Assembly (NCBI GenBank): GCA_030390025.1
Contig: CM059438.1
Span: forward strand, 9,796,001-9,860,000
Length of the DNA: 64,000 bases
From: Squalus acanthias
Taxonomy: Eukaryota
Reading direction: 5' to 3'
The notes under the pieces were generated by a model, which was not told the DNA's origin, did no database searches, and worked only from the letters and a program-made list of their open reading frames with translations. Position numbers and translations under genes: made by a program. Below are positions 28,257 through 41,630 of the stretch, in pieces (the stretch's first letter is position 1; each line of letters begins with the position of its first letter).

Positions 28257-31200
28257 ATAGAATCATAGAAAGTTACAGCACGGAAGGAGGCCTTTTCGGC
28301 CCATCGTGTCCACGCAGGCCAACAAAGAGCTATCAGGCCTAATCCCACTTTCCAGCTCTTGGTCCGTAGCCCTGCAGGTTAGAGCATCCCAAGTGCACAT
28401 CCAAGTACTTTTTAAATGTGGTTAGGGTTCCTGCCTCTACCACCCTTTCAGGCAGAGAGTTCCAGACCCCCACAACCCTCTGGGTGAAGAAATTTCCCCT
28501 CAAATCACCTCTAAACCTTCCAATTACTTTAAATCTGTGCCCCTGGTTTTTGACCCCTCTGCTAAGGGAAATAGGTCCTTTCTATCCACTTTATCTAGGC
28601 CCCTCATAATTTTATGCACCTCAATAAGGTCTCCCCTCAGCCTCCTCTGTTCCAAGGAAAACAAACCCAGTCTTTCCTCATAGCTAAGATTCTCTACTCC
28701 CCAGCAACATCCTTGTAAATCACCTCTGTACCCTCTCCAGTGTAATCACATCTTTCCTGTAATGTGGTGACCAGAACTGCACGCAGTACGCTAGCTGAGG
28801 CCTAACTAGTGTTTTATACAGTTGAAGCATAATCCTCCTGCTCTTGTATTCTATGCCACGGCTAATAAAGGCAAGCATTCCGCATGCCTTCTTAACCACC
28901 TTATCTACCTGGCCTGCTACCTTCAGGGATCTGTGGACATACACTCCAAGGTCCCTTTGTTCCTCTACACTACTCAGTGTCCTACCATTTAATGTGTATT
29001 CCCTTTCCTTGTTAGCCCTCCCCAAATGCATTACCTCACACTTTTCCAGATTGAATTCCATTTGCCATTGTTCTGCCCGCCTGACCGATTTATTGATATC
29101 TTCCTGCAGTCTACAGCTTCCTTCTTCAGTATCAACCACACAGCCGATTTTAGTATCATCTGCAAACTTCTTAATCATACCCCCTATATTCAAGTCTAGA
29201 TCATTGATATATACCACAAAAAGCAAGGGACCCAGTACTGAGCCCTGCAGAACCCGAATGGAAACAACCTTCCAGTCACAAAAACACCCATCAACCATTA
29301 CCCTCTGCTTCCTGCCTCCAAGCCAGTTTTGAATCCAACTTGACACTTTGCCCTGGATCCCATGGGCTTTTAACTTCGTGACCAGTCTGCCATATGGAAC
29401 CTTATCAAAAGCCTTGCTAAAGTCCATATACACTACATCAAATGCACTACCCTCATCTACCCTTCTTGTTACCTCCTCAAAAAATTCAATCAAGTTTGTC
29501 AGACACGACCTTCCCTTAACAAATCCGTGCTGACTATCCTTGATTAATCCGTGTCTTTCTAAATGAAGATTTATCCTGTCCTTCAGAATTCTTTCCAATA
29601 ATTTTCCCACCACCGAGGTTTCGCTGACTGGCCTGTAATTACTCGGTCTATCCTTTTCTCCCTTTTTAAACAAGGGTGCCACATTAGTAGTCCTCCGGCA
29701 CCACACCTGAAGCCAGAGAGGATTGAAAAATGATGGTCCGGGCCTCTCTTTCCTCTTTTGCTTCGCTTAACAGCCTGGGATACATTTCATCCGGGCCTGG
29801 GGATTTATCCACTTTTAAAGCTGCTAAACCCCTTAATACTTCCCCTCTCACTGTTTATTTCATCTAATATTTCACACTCCTCCTCCCTGATAGCAATGTC
29901 TGCTTCGCCCCTCTCCTTTGTGAAAACAGACCCAAAGTATTCATTAAGAACCCTACCGACGTCTCCCGCCTCCACACATTACCCTCATGATGTCTAATAG
30001 GCCCTACCCTTTCTTTAGTTATCCTCTTACTCTTAATATATTTATAAAACATCTTTGGGTTTTTCTTGATTTTACTTGCCAAGAATTTTTCATGCTCTCT
30101 CTTTTTGCTTTCCTAATATCCTTTTTAATTGCACCCCTGCACTTTCTGTACTCCTCTAAAGATTCTGGAGTATTTAGCCCTCGGTATCTGTCATACGTCT
30201 CCCTTTTTTTCTTTATCCTACCCTGTATGTCCCTAGACATCCAGGGGGCTCTAGATTTATTAGTCCCACCTTTTTTCTTTAAGGGCACATATTTGGTCTG
30301 AACCCTCCGGATCTCCTCCTTGAATGCCTCCCACTGCTCTGACACTGATTTACCTTCAAGTAGCTGTTTCCAGTCCACTATGGCTAAATCCCCTCTGAGC
30401 TTAGCAAAATTTGCTTTTCCCCAATTTATAATTTTTATTCCTGGTCTATCCTTGTCCTTTTCTATAACTACCTTAAACCTAACTGAATATGGTCACTAGC
30501 ACCAAAATGCTCCCCCACTGATATGCCTTCTACCTGCCCAGCTTCATTCCCTAAAACTAAGTCCAGAACCGCCCCCTCCCTTGTTGGGCTTGCTACATAC
30601 TGGCTAAAAAAGTTCTCCTGAATGCATTTTAGGAATTCCACACCCTCTATACCCTTCACACTAATTTTATCCCAGTTAATATTGGGGTAGTTGAAATCCC
30701 CTACTATTACTGCCCTTATAGTTTTTGCACTTCTCAGAAATTTGTCTACATATTTGCTCTTCTATCTCCCTCTCACTGATTGGGGGTCTGTAGTACACTC
30801 CCAGCAGTGTGATCGCCCCTTTTTTGTTTTTCAATTCGACCCATATGGCCTCGTTTGATCCCTCCAACATATCATCCCGCCTCACAGCTGTAATAGTTTC
30901 TTTCATCAATACCGCGACCCCCCCCCCTCCCTTTTTACCTCCCTCTCTATCCCGTCTGAAAATCCTTCAACCAGGAATGTTGAGTTGCCATACCTGCCCC
31001 TCTTTCAGCCACGTCTCTAATAGCTATAATATCATAGTCCCAAGTATCTACCTGTGCCCTCAGCTCATCTGCCTTGTTCGCTATACGCCTTGCATTGAAG
31101 TATATACCATTTAGTACGGGCAAACCTCCTTGTTGACTACTATCTAGCCCTTGATTCCTCTGTCCTTCCAATTTACTTGCTACGTTTTTGTTTTCCAATT

Positions 31201-31343
31201 CCAGTTTGTCTTCCCTCCCTACTGACTCTATTCTTAGGTTCCCATCCCCCTGCCAAGCTAGTTTAAACCCTCCCCAACAGCACTAGCAAACCCTCCCGCG
31301 AGGATATTGGTCCCGTTCCCATTGAAGTGCAACCCGCCTGGCT
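28257..31343 (-). mobile_element. CR1 LINE: end of ORF1 plus the whole, disrupted ORF2 (EN-RT)
   Basis: YFNARRIANK, GVYYRPP and a 328-aa RT segment (DFSKAFDKV, QGSVLGP, FADDTK). ORF1 ends LHFNGNGTNILAGGFASAVGEGLN*. Tail atagaatcatagaa. Confidence 0.96.
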
Positions 31344-31379
31344 TGCAGCAATGTTTCAAAGACACGTGGCAATTTCTGA

Positions 31380-32822
31380 TGTAATTAACTTACGATTACA
31401 GCAAATTACATCTCTAAATCAGTGATTAGGATATAGGCTATATGGAGTGGTGTCCATATTGGCAGGTGATAATCTGAGGATCAAAAGAAGCTGCAAGAAG
31501 ATATTGATAAAATGATGGAATAAGCATAAAAGTGGCAGATGGAATTTAGTGTCAGTACATGTGAAGTGGTACACTTTAGTTTAAAAAAAATATAAAAGGA
31601 ATAATTATACTTTTTTGGGAGGGGGAAGCTAGGTGATGCAGAAGAGCAGAGGGATTTGAGAGTTTAGGTTCTGAAGACATTAAAAGCAGCACCTCAAGTG
31701 GATAAGGCCATTTAAAAAAAAAAGTAATGGAATTCTGAGTTTTATGGCAGGAGTTACAGAACATAATAGTTGAGAGGTAATGGTGAATCTATATCAAATT
31801 TTAGTCAGACACAGTTGGAGTGCTATGCAGTTTTGGGCTTCACACTGTAGGAAGGATGTTGAGGCAATAGAATATGTGTAGCACAGATGCATTAGGATGC
31901 TGCCTGGTATGAGGAAATATAAACATGGAGAAAGACTCTTAAACTGGTGCTGTTTTCATTTGAACAAAGGAGATTAAGAGGTGATTTGATGGTGTTTAAA
32001 ATTATGAAAACATGGGACAGAGTAGATAGAACCAGACTCTTTCCAGCGGTTGAGAGGTCTCGAATGAGGGAACATAGATATAAAAGAAGCAAAGAACTTG
32101 CAATTATATAGTGCTTTTCATGACCACAGGACATTGCAAAGTGCTTCACAGCTAATGAAGTATTTTGAAGTGTAGTCACTGTTGTAATGTAGGGAAACGG
32201 GGCAGCCAATTTGCGCACAGCAAGCTCCCACAAACAACAACGACATAAATAAACCAAGTAATCAGTTTTAGTGGTGTTTGGTTGAGACACAAATGTTGAC
32301 CAGGCCACCAGGAGAACTCCTCCGTTCCTCTTCGAATAGTTCTATAGGATATTTTACATCAATCTCGGGGCAGAGAGACCTCAGTTTAACAACACATCCA
32401 AAAGACTGTATGCCTGACAGTGCGGCACTCCCTCATTACTGCACTGAAGTATCAGTCCACATTATATGCTCGAGTCTCTGGACTGGGACTCGAACCTATG
32501 ACCTTCTTACTCGAACGCCGGAGTGCTACCGCTGAGCCATTGTAAGATCAAAGACTGAGAGCAGGAGACATTTTTTACACCGAGTCGTGAGGCTGTGGAA
32601 CGCATTACCTGGGTTAGTGATTGAGGCAGAGATCACGTCTACATTTAAGAATGGGTTAGATAGGTGGTTGAAGGAAAGGGGAATAAATGGAAAGGGATGA
32701 CCACATGGGATTAGCCTGTTGCTTATGTAGATGTTAACACCAACGCTGTGGCAGTTAACACCAACACTGACTAGTTGGTTCGGACAGCCTGTTTCAGTGT
32801 TGTAATTTCTGTGTAATTCTGT
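31380..32822 (+). mobile_element. Old CR1 ORF2 3' fragment interrupted by a SINE
   Basis: Degenerate WQMEFSV..CEVVHF and ttggagtgctatgcagttttgg, resuming after 32540 with tttacaccgagtcgtgaggctgtggaac. Confidence 0.75.
32087..32540 (-). mobile_element. Full-length SacSINE1-like DeuSINE inside the old CR1
   Basis: Colinear with 13545-14003; head reverse complement tggctcagcggtagcactc...ggttcgagtccc. Confidence 0.85.
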
Positions 32823-33882
32823 GGCAATCAGCTAAGCTAGATGGCTTCCCCATGACTGTTTTGTATATTTTTATTTGCAGCACTGAGATAATAGAACTTT
32901 CTCTTAGCCACAGATCTCTGAAGTCTATTTAAAATCATATTAAACAAAGAAATATATATATATATAATGCATTTTCCTGTATGAAGTATAATGGAGGTCT
33001 GCTTCTGTCACTGAAAATCCTGCACAGAATCGGAAGGTTTTGTATTCCTTGCAGTGCCCTAGTTTCTGACCTCAAACCTAACCCTGCACTATTGCTCAAC
33101 TAATGTCTTATAAAATATTTTTTTCAAAATCTATTGCACATCATTTGGGTTTGAGAGCGTTATTTCTCATTAGAATTGTGTCAAAGTGCACTGTGGTTAA
33201 ACTTGCAATCTTACAGAAATACAGCAGTGTAGTTACACCTATGCAGTCTGCAAAGCTGACTAGCAGAGATGGTGAAGATGGCAAATATAATTTTAGATAT
33301 ACTAAGTATTCTGGCATGTCTTCCAGTTCTAATGTATTTAGAGTCCTATGTCTTCAGTTGGATTTTCAGTCTTTGTTGCCGAGAGGGTTGGCTGCTGTTT
33401 GAATGTTTCAACCTTTTAGGCAGTGGGACAAATAGATGTTCTGTGGCGCTAACTGTGTTCTGCAATGATTTGTGTTTCCTTTATGCTAAGTGAATTATGT
33501 TCCACTTTTATTAATGCTGTGGTTAGTTACTTTTGAGTGCCGTTTGCATTTATTTGTAGTTTTGAACTCCTACTAAAATGGGATATTCAGCCCTTCATTA
33601 ATATTCAAATTGCTCTGTAGCCTTCTGTCTATTTTATCCTCCACTGTAATGTATGTGTAATCTTTCTATGGTGTTACAGTACATCTCCCTGCTAACTGCA
33701 GAAAGCTGCAGGATACTTTGCGGTTTCTTTATTATGTCGTTCCCAACTTGCTTAATGCTTCATTTTGTGTGATAGTTTGTGTCTCAAGTTTGAATTTCAT
33801 TTCAAATCTTCTGGTGGAGTGATTCACCACAAGCTTAGCCTACTTTAAATATGGCCTTTTCAATTCATAAGCACATCCCAAG

Positions 33883-34055
33883 CAATGTTCCCTTTAAGCC
33901 GCGGAGCCGCGCCGCGCTCTGCAGCTCCCGCGCAGCCGGCTCACTAGCTTTAAAATAGGAAAAATATGCGTGCGAGGTATTTTGAATGGGCCGCACAACC
34001 CCTTAAAGGGGCCGCACCCGCCCCCCCCCCCCAAAAAAAATTAAAGGGAACATTG
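33883..34055. mobile_element. hAT-family MITE, 173 bp
   Basis: Perfect 15-bp TIR CAATGTTCCCTTTAA and perfect 8-bp TSD ATCCCAAG (33875 and 34056). Confidence 0.93.
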
Positions 34056-34229
34056 ATCCCAAGTAAATACAAATTAATAATCTAGGAAGGGATAGCAATA
34101 TTGATGAGGTAGAATACCCATTTGTTTTGGTGGAGGTGGCTTCACTTGTATAATTGCCGATCCCAAAACACCACCACCTAGAGATTTACTTTTCTCTTGT
34201 TTTGTGTACACAAATGCTTAAAACTTTAA

Positions 34230-34406
<177 letters not shown>

Positions 34407-34987
34407 TGAATTAGTATGTATGAAAATTCCATTCATAGTGCTGTTATTTTTAATTTATTTTAAATGTTGTGCTCGTTAATGTTATTGTTGGAGAATGGAA
34501 CATTTCCCATTACAGGTCACCCCAGTTAGCATCAAGCGCTCCCAGGTTATATGCAGCATGAAATACCCTCCATTCTGCCCAACAATGTGCTTCATCCTCA
34601 AAAAGCACTTCCTGCTGCCCTAATGTAACATTTCCTTTACAAGCCACAGGAGCACCTCATTTGAATATTTTAATAAGTTACATTATCCCTGTTGGCAGGC
34701 TAGAATATAATTCTGAATTCTGACTTGTTACAGAAATGGTGCGATAAGTGTTTGGAAATTCAAACACTTTTTAAATCCCAAGCTGCTGCTGAATTATGCT
34801 CAGTGAAGCCAAGGGGTTAATTTGGTTAGTCGCCAAAGAATGTGTTTACTATATATTCTGTGGGTGCCAGCATTTGCATTAGTGATTGCCATGTATGTTG
34901 CAATGAAAGCCACCCTTTCAGCATAAGTGTAGCAGTCACGGGTTGAATTGTTTTATATAGTAATGCAGAAGGTTATCGGAGACTTTG

Positions 34988-35173
34988 GGGGTTGAAATTA
35001 GTCAACGCCTGTAGCACAAAATAAGCTGATAGTGAATTGCAGCCTGTTTTTCACAGCACCCGATATTCTTTTTCGTCCGTGTCAATAGAAAAGAAAATTG
35101 GGCGTGGTATAAAACGGGCGGCTGATATGCAATTGGCCCATTTTGCGCTACTGGCGTTAACCAATTTCACCCC
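34988..35173. mobile_element. Short palindromic Harbinger-type MITE
   Basis: GGGGTTGAAATTAGTCAACGCC versus GGCGTTAACCAATTTCACCCC; the element is an imperfect palindrome along its length; flanks TTG/TTA. Confidence 0.72.
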
Positions 35174-35349
35174 TTATTTCCTCATAGGCTTCAAAAGAAA
35201 AGTTAACTGGGGTGTCATACAATTTAAAATGGCTGTAGAACGTCAAGCTTGATTTCAGGTGTGATTCAGCTTTTAGGAACATAGAATCATAGCTATTAAT
35301 TAGAATAAAAATTCTATCTAGTAAGTCTGACATTTCCTGATTTTTTCCC

Positions 35350-35570
35350 ATTACGATATCACCTGCGTCTGTTATTCAGGGGCCCACATTACACTTAGCC
35401 ACCCTCTTCCTCTTAATATATTTGTAAAAACCTGTAGTGTTGTCCTTGATATCCCTTGCAAGCTTTTTCTCGTATTCCCTTTTTGCAGCTCTTACCACTT
35501 TCTTTGTATCCCTTAACTGTTCTTCATATATCTCCCAGTCTGTGGGATCTCTACTTTTCTTTCAACTGGT
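35350..35570 (-). mobile_element. Internal CR1 ORF2 fragment
   Basis: Resembles 10550-10720 and 30000-30130 (cttaatatatttgtaaaa, ctttttctcgtattccctttttgc). Confidence 0.6.
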
Positions 35571-36424
35571 GTATAAATAACCCTTTCAAGGATTGAACTG
35601 AGGGCAGTGGTTTCAAACTTTTCTGTGTGGAGGACCCACTGCAGGTATTCACACATTCCTGACAACCTTTGTAAATATTGACACACTCCTAGGGATTCTC
35701 TGTCCTAAATTTCAACAAAAGGTGACGCTTATCCAAAAGAAAGCCATTGCAGAAAACATTGTGTACAGCAACTGAAATAATGTCTTGGGAAAGCAACAAA
35801 TATAGAAAGATGCAGAAACCTGACCTTGCAGATCTCTTGATTTCACTTATGGACCTGCTTAAGGTATGGTTTGAAAACCTGTGGTAGAATAGATAAAGGT
35901 ACACAGAATAATTAAGCAAACAATAAGTTGCTTTAAATACTGATTTTTGCAGACTTTCACAAACCTGGATTTTTTAAATTTAAATAGTAAAGCCATTTTA
36001 CATTAAATTTACCAATGCCCTCCAGTGGCCAAAACCAGGTGATCTTATAATATGTAAAACATTCTCAAATAAAAAAGCCTTATGGGGTATGCATTTTAAA
36101 TTGTTCATTTGAATTGATTCATTCAAGTTTGTGTTATGGCAATCTACCTCCTTACTGACACAAAACCTAACTTCCAGTCTTTGCCACTAGCCCCTTCATC
36201 CATAGTGTGGAAATGCAGCTGCTTTACTTGAGTTTGCTAGTAAAGTAAGTGTTGTACCTCAAACAAACGGTGATCCACTGAGCTCTTTGTTGTTTAAACT
36301 ATCTTTCTCCCCGGAAGTTGAGAGTGGCTCTCGAGCAGATGATGGTACATGTTTCTAAGTCTGTGCGATCTAACCTTTTATGCAAGTTGCATATCTGATG
36401 TAAGAGATTGATTCCATTAATTGA

Positions 36425-36652
<228 letters not shown>

Positions 36653-39600
36653 CTGAGTCGGAATGTTGCATACACTGTACAAAATATAAATTGCATTATT
36701 GTCATTATATATAAAAGCAATTTTACTAAGACAGCATTATGTGTTTCTGGTAATAGAGGAATCGTAGCCATTTAGAATTTTTAAAAAACCTGTAAAGAAT
36801 TACAGTGCTGGATCGAGGTTTCCTCGCAGAAGTAAATGATATATGTTAATGTGAGAAGTACAGTTTTTTTTGTTTGGGATGGGGGGGGATCTTGCAAAAT
36901 CATAAGCATGATTTTTTTTTTAAATAGTGTGCATTTAAGATACTGTTCTGTGTATTTAATACACAGTGTAGTATTTTCTTTACAATGAATTTTTTTGTGC
37001 TTAAAATGGCAGGCGTAGGACCTGGGGAATCCCTATCTGAAGAAGTAGGTGCCAGTTGCAGACTTGGTTTTTCCCGCTAGTTACCTTGCACCTTTGTTTT
37101 TCTGCCACTGGATTCTAAATCATGGTCATCATTGCAAAAGCCTGTAAATGCTCCAGGTCTGGCATTTTCCTTCATGTCCCAGTCTAACTCAGTAATTGAG
37201 GGAAGTCAGATTGTAAAGTCTAAAGATGGAAGGGAGGATTTAGGGAGGGGGGGGGGGGCGGTGGCAAAAAAAAGGCCGATTAAAGAATGGGAAGTAAAAT
37301 GCAAGGAAAGTTAGGCCGTAAAAGATTGAGAACTCACAAAAGACTTAAAAACAAAGGATGGAAAGAAAAATAAAACCAAAGAGAGAAATACAAAAAAAAG
37401 CAAATTGAGGCAAAGGATAGAAAGAGTTAAAGGTCTTCTCCCTACACAAGTGTTTTGTATATTTGACAAAGACTACTTAAATGGTTTCCTGGGAGTAAAA
37501 TGTTTTCCTTAAAAATAATTTTGCTATATTCTTGATCGTTTCCATAATTTTTGTCGTCCCCAAGATTTGCCACTTGATTTGAACAATGTTGTGATGCTGA
37601 CAGGCAATATGCGTATAATATGGATATACTGATCATGCAGTACATTGCTTCATAGTTTACCTGTATTATGACCTCTCTAGTATACACAGCAATATGGCTT
37701 TTAAAGTTTGTTACCCATTATTTTATCATTTTCTCCCATTGAGGGTCGAAATAGGAGCTTAAGAGCAAAGCAAATGGATGGTCCCAGACTCGGCTAATGT
37801 TTCCCTAAATGACTCGAGGGAAGGGTTCACATTTAATATACATGTAATACTTTTCCCATATAAAGTCTGAAGCACTTTGGGCCCTGGATACATACAAATG
37901 TATTCTCCCTCCCCCAAGTCCTGTGACAAAACCACCTTTTACTCAATACTTTTACAGCTTGCAAGCACGTGTGGTGATCTGTGTCAAGTCTGTTCAAGTA
38001 ATCCAAGGTTTAGTATTTTTACCTGTCCTTCATGTTGCATCGGCGCATGAAGCTATGTACGGAGGGCTAATTTTCCTCATACTGTACATTTTTTGCTGCT
38101 GCATGTATTTTTCCAAATACTTGTATGTGTGGGCTAATCAAGTGTGAGCATTTCCTTTTAGTTTCAGTTAATGTGAATACTAGTGCAGTAGAACCATGAA
38201 AAACGTCATGAAGTTTTTAGGAACCATTCTATAAATAATGAGATGCACATAGTATTGATACAAGCCAGTCTTTCTGTCCAGTATTCACTTGAGGAATGTT
38301 CCCCAGTTGGAAACGGTTGATTCATTCTCTGTACAGGCTATTACCAGTTGCCTTTTCTAAGTTAGTGTAGGTGCATATCACTGCATGTAGTCAGCATTTT
38401 TTTTGGATACAGGAAGGCTTTTACATCATCTGATTTGCACTCCTCTACCAAAAATATTGCTGCATTTTTAAGGCTTAAATTTCAGTGGTTAACTGAAAAA
38501 AAATTGCAATTTTTTTTCACTCCCCTTTCAAAAGTTGGCAAAACTCAGAAGTTGCACTGAAATGAAACCACTTCTGTGTCTCCTGCAGCAGTAAGGCGAT
38601 GCTCATTAATGAGCGAGTTGTCATTTGTCTACAGTTTGCTGTTGCTCTTGACTAATCCCAGATCAGTTTGTTAGTGGATGGCCACTTCAAGCCTTGCATG
38701 AAGCCATTGTAAGCTTATTGTCCAGGTCAATGTACTTGGTGTTGTCTTATCCCTTTCTAAGGGAATGTACTGTCCTGCAAAATTTACAAGGCAGAAATTG
38801 ATCTCTGTAAACCGAGGGCTATTTTACGGGTATCCTGTGTGGTCGCAGCCACGGAACGAGTTGTCTGCTTAATTGCAATCAAGATCACAACTTGGAAAAC
38901 TGTCAAAAGAGCTAATTTGTTGGAAAGAGTCCTTTAGCAGTTGTATACCTCTAGAATATCCCTGTATTAATTCAGTTTCTATCATGAAATATGTGCATCC
39001 CCTTTCAGTTTTACACTAGAGATCTAACCCCAGTGATGACAAACAAATTAGCGGCCACAATGAAACCTATTTTAAAGTTGCAAAAAAATGACATTAGAGC
39101 AGTATTCTTTAGATTGAATGCTTACTATGCTGCCACTGTAGGCTTTGTTGACTTGTTGTCGCACATAAACCTTTTCTCCCCAACGCGTATTGAGTAGACT
39201 GCCTTGTGCAATCGTAAAGAAGTTTCCATTGCAAAACAGTCACTGATTTGTACTTTGAATGTGAGCATAATTGAGCAAGGCTGCTGTGCTTGGTGGTTCC
39301 AAGTTTCGCCTTTGGCCCTAAGTATTCTACAAATCGGAAATTTTGGCATGCAGGAAGAATGAAAATGTAAAGTTTCTGTATTTAAAACATGTCAAGCAAA
39401 CAACAAAAACAGAGCATTGACTCTACACAGCAAAGTACTTTTAACTGCAGTGGACAGAATAAACTTAAATTCAGTGTAATTGTGGTTATTCCAGTGTATG
39501 AACTGTAGGGTGCTAATTGTATTGTTTTATGGCACATCAAACACTAGGAGATCGAGTGCTACATGTCAATTATTTTTTATTATCTAAAGTCTGTAGAAGA

Positions 39601-40770
39601 TACTCTATGTATTAATGTTTCTGGTTTTGACTTTTTTTCCCAATTCTGTCTTGTCTATCTTTGCCTTGCTGTAGAACACAATCTGCTTTTACACATCAGT
39701 TAGCAAGTACGAAAAAATGCTTAGCACCTGACGAGTCTTACTTCTGATCCATGGTGAAGCCTAACAAAAACTTTGTGCTTCTGGTTTTTTTTAAAAAAGA
39801 AAAATGGCCCAAGTTTTTCAGCCATACAGTGAAGTTTTAAAATTGCAGTATTCACTTTATTGTTGTGTTCACTGGTACTTTAAAGTAAGAATGGATAGTA
39901 CTCCCTTTTAACTTACTTTTTGGCCACACAGTTCAACTTTTTATAAACATATTTTTGTGATTCCAATGAGGAAATTGGTTGATAAACTGTGTAATCATTA
40001 ATCTCCGTGTCATTTCTGACCTATTGACTGCGTGAAGGCGAAGGTAAGGGATGTTATATAGTTCGTTTTTCATGCTTTGCGCTGTTATCTAATAGGGAAG
40101 AAAAAACATAAGTTTTAGAATGTTAGTAAAATATGGTGCAAAAATATTCATACATTCACACAGCTGCTTTATCAGATTAGTTGCAAAATTCAGATTTTAG
40201 GGTGTGACTGGTGAGAAATGTGCAGTTAGAGGTGGTGTCATAGTGACAGTTGTATCCAACAAACCGAAAAGGGTTAGATCTTTGCAGCTTCAGCTATTGC
40301 TAATCGCTTTGGGTGGCTGCTGCCTTTGAGGTCGCTGCTGTCTACTACAGTTTTACTACTCTGGCTCCTACATAAAGCTGCATTAGTATTATCTAGAATC
40401 CAGCATTTGAAAATACGGTGTCGAGAAGGGAAAGCAGCTTAAAGTCAAAGATTAGTAAGTCACACCGAATACAAGACCCATCTTGAATTTAAGTGCAATT
40501 TAAATAAAAGGATTTTATACATGCATATCCCTAAAAGGCAGCAAGTAACTTATTTTCAATTATTCTGCACCAGCCCTTGTAGATTTTGGAGAAGCTAATT
40601 TGGCTAACTCAACCAGTATGTCTATCAATAATGGTTCGGTTACTTTGTTGCCTACCTTTTTTTTTGGCAGGCCTTTTACCAGATAGCACAAAATATTTTT
40701 GTTTGGTAGTGTAATCAGACCGTTAGATCCACACACCAAAATAAAGAATGTACAAACCGGTTAACAAATA
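36653..40770 (+). other. SHOC2: Probable long SHOC2 3' UTR (3' end uncertain)
   Basis: AT/U-rich with no recognisable TE for about 4.8 kb after the stop. Candidate AATAAA at 39458, 40503 and 40740. Confidence 0.5.
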
Positions 40771-41507
40771 TTTTTAAACCAATTGTCAATTATGTTATGT
40801 CTATATAAAAAGATTGCCTTTTTGTTTTGTTTTTATAAAGGTCATTCAGTGTATCAGTGCATTCATTATAAATAGTAAATTTGTAAATGAGCTGTTGTTG
40901 AGTCTTTTGCAACTGTTGCATGATTTTTTAAAGGCTTAACAGTGTACAATTGACTTTGATCCTTGGGTGTGGGGAAGGGGTGATTTTTGGCTGCTGTTTT
41001 GGAAGGAACATTCACTTCCGCTATAACGTTTAAAGTAAGACCATTAATATTTCCTGTCAGGTAAGAATATTAAGACAAATATCACAGGTGATAATTGTAT
41101 ATCTGATTTGCTATTTCATTTTGCACACGAGCAATTGACATTTAAATGTGTTGCCAATGTTTCTGGTGTAAACAATATTAAACTATTTACTGAAACTTCA
41201 AATATTCTATAATGTGTTAAATGTTGATCCAACAAATGGAAGGAACCTGCTGATTAGCGTTTTTAATGCTGGACATTCTAGTCTAATTCTATAAATTCAT
41301 ACACGTAACTAAGATATAAAAAATGCAAAAGGTGAGTACCAAAATTGTAGATACAGACTTACATTTTTAAAGCACTTTTTCATATACTGAGATTTTTCCA
41401 AACCCAATTTTTTTAAAGATATATAAATAACAAAAATGATCTTTTTTAAAGTCTTTGCATGTTTCAATGTAATATCTTTTAGGTAAGGATCATTAGGGCC
41501 TGTTCTT

Positions 41508-41630
41508 AGGAACAGGAGTAGGCCATTTAGTCCCTCAAGCTTGTTCCACCATTCAATTCCATCATGGCTGATCTGCAACCTAACTCCATATACCCACCTT
41601 TGCCCCATATCCCTTAATACCTTTGGTTTA
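41508..41630 (-). mobile_element. CR1 3' end
   Basis: aggaacaggagtaggccattt...catggctgatctg...ccccatatcccttaatacc. Confidence 0.8.

Noticed and set aside
28844-29332. Antisense ORFs over CR1 RT regions (also 52855, 53836, 62328)
   Set aside because: Shadow frames of CR1 ORF2 with no independent coding evidence.
35606-35882. Possible Charlie-like hAT MITE
   Set aside because: TIR match is weak and there is no clear TSD.
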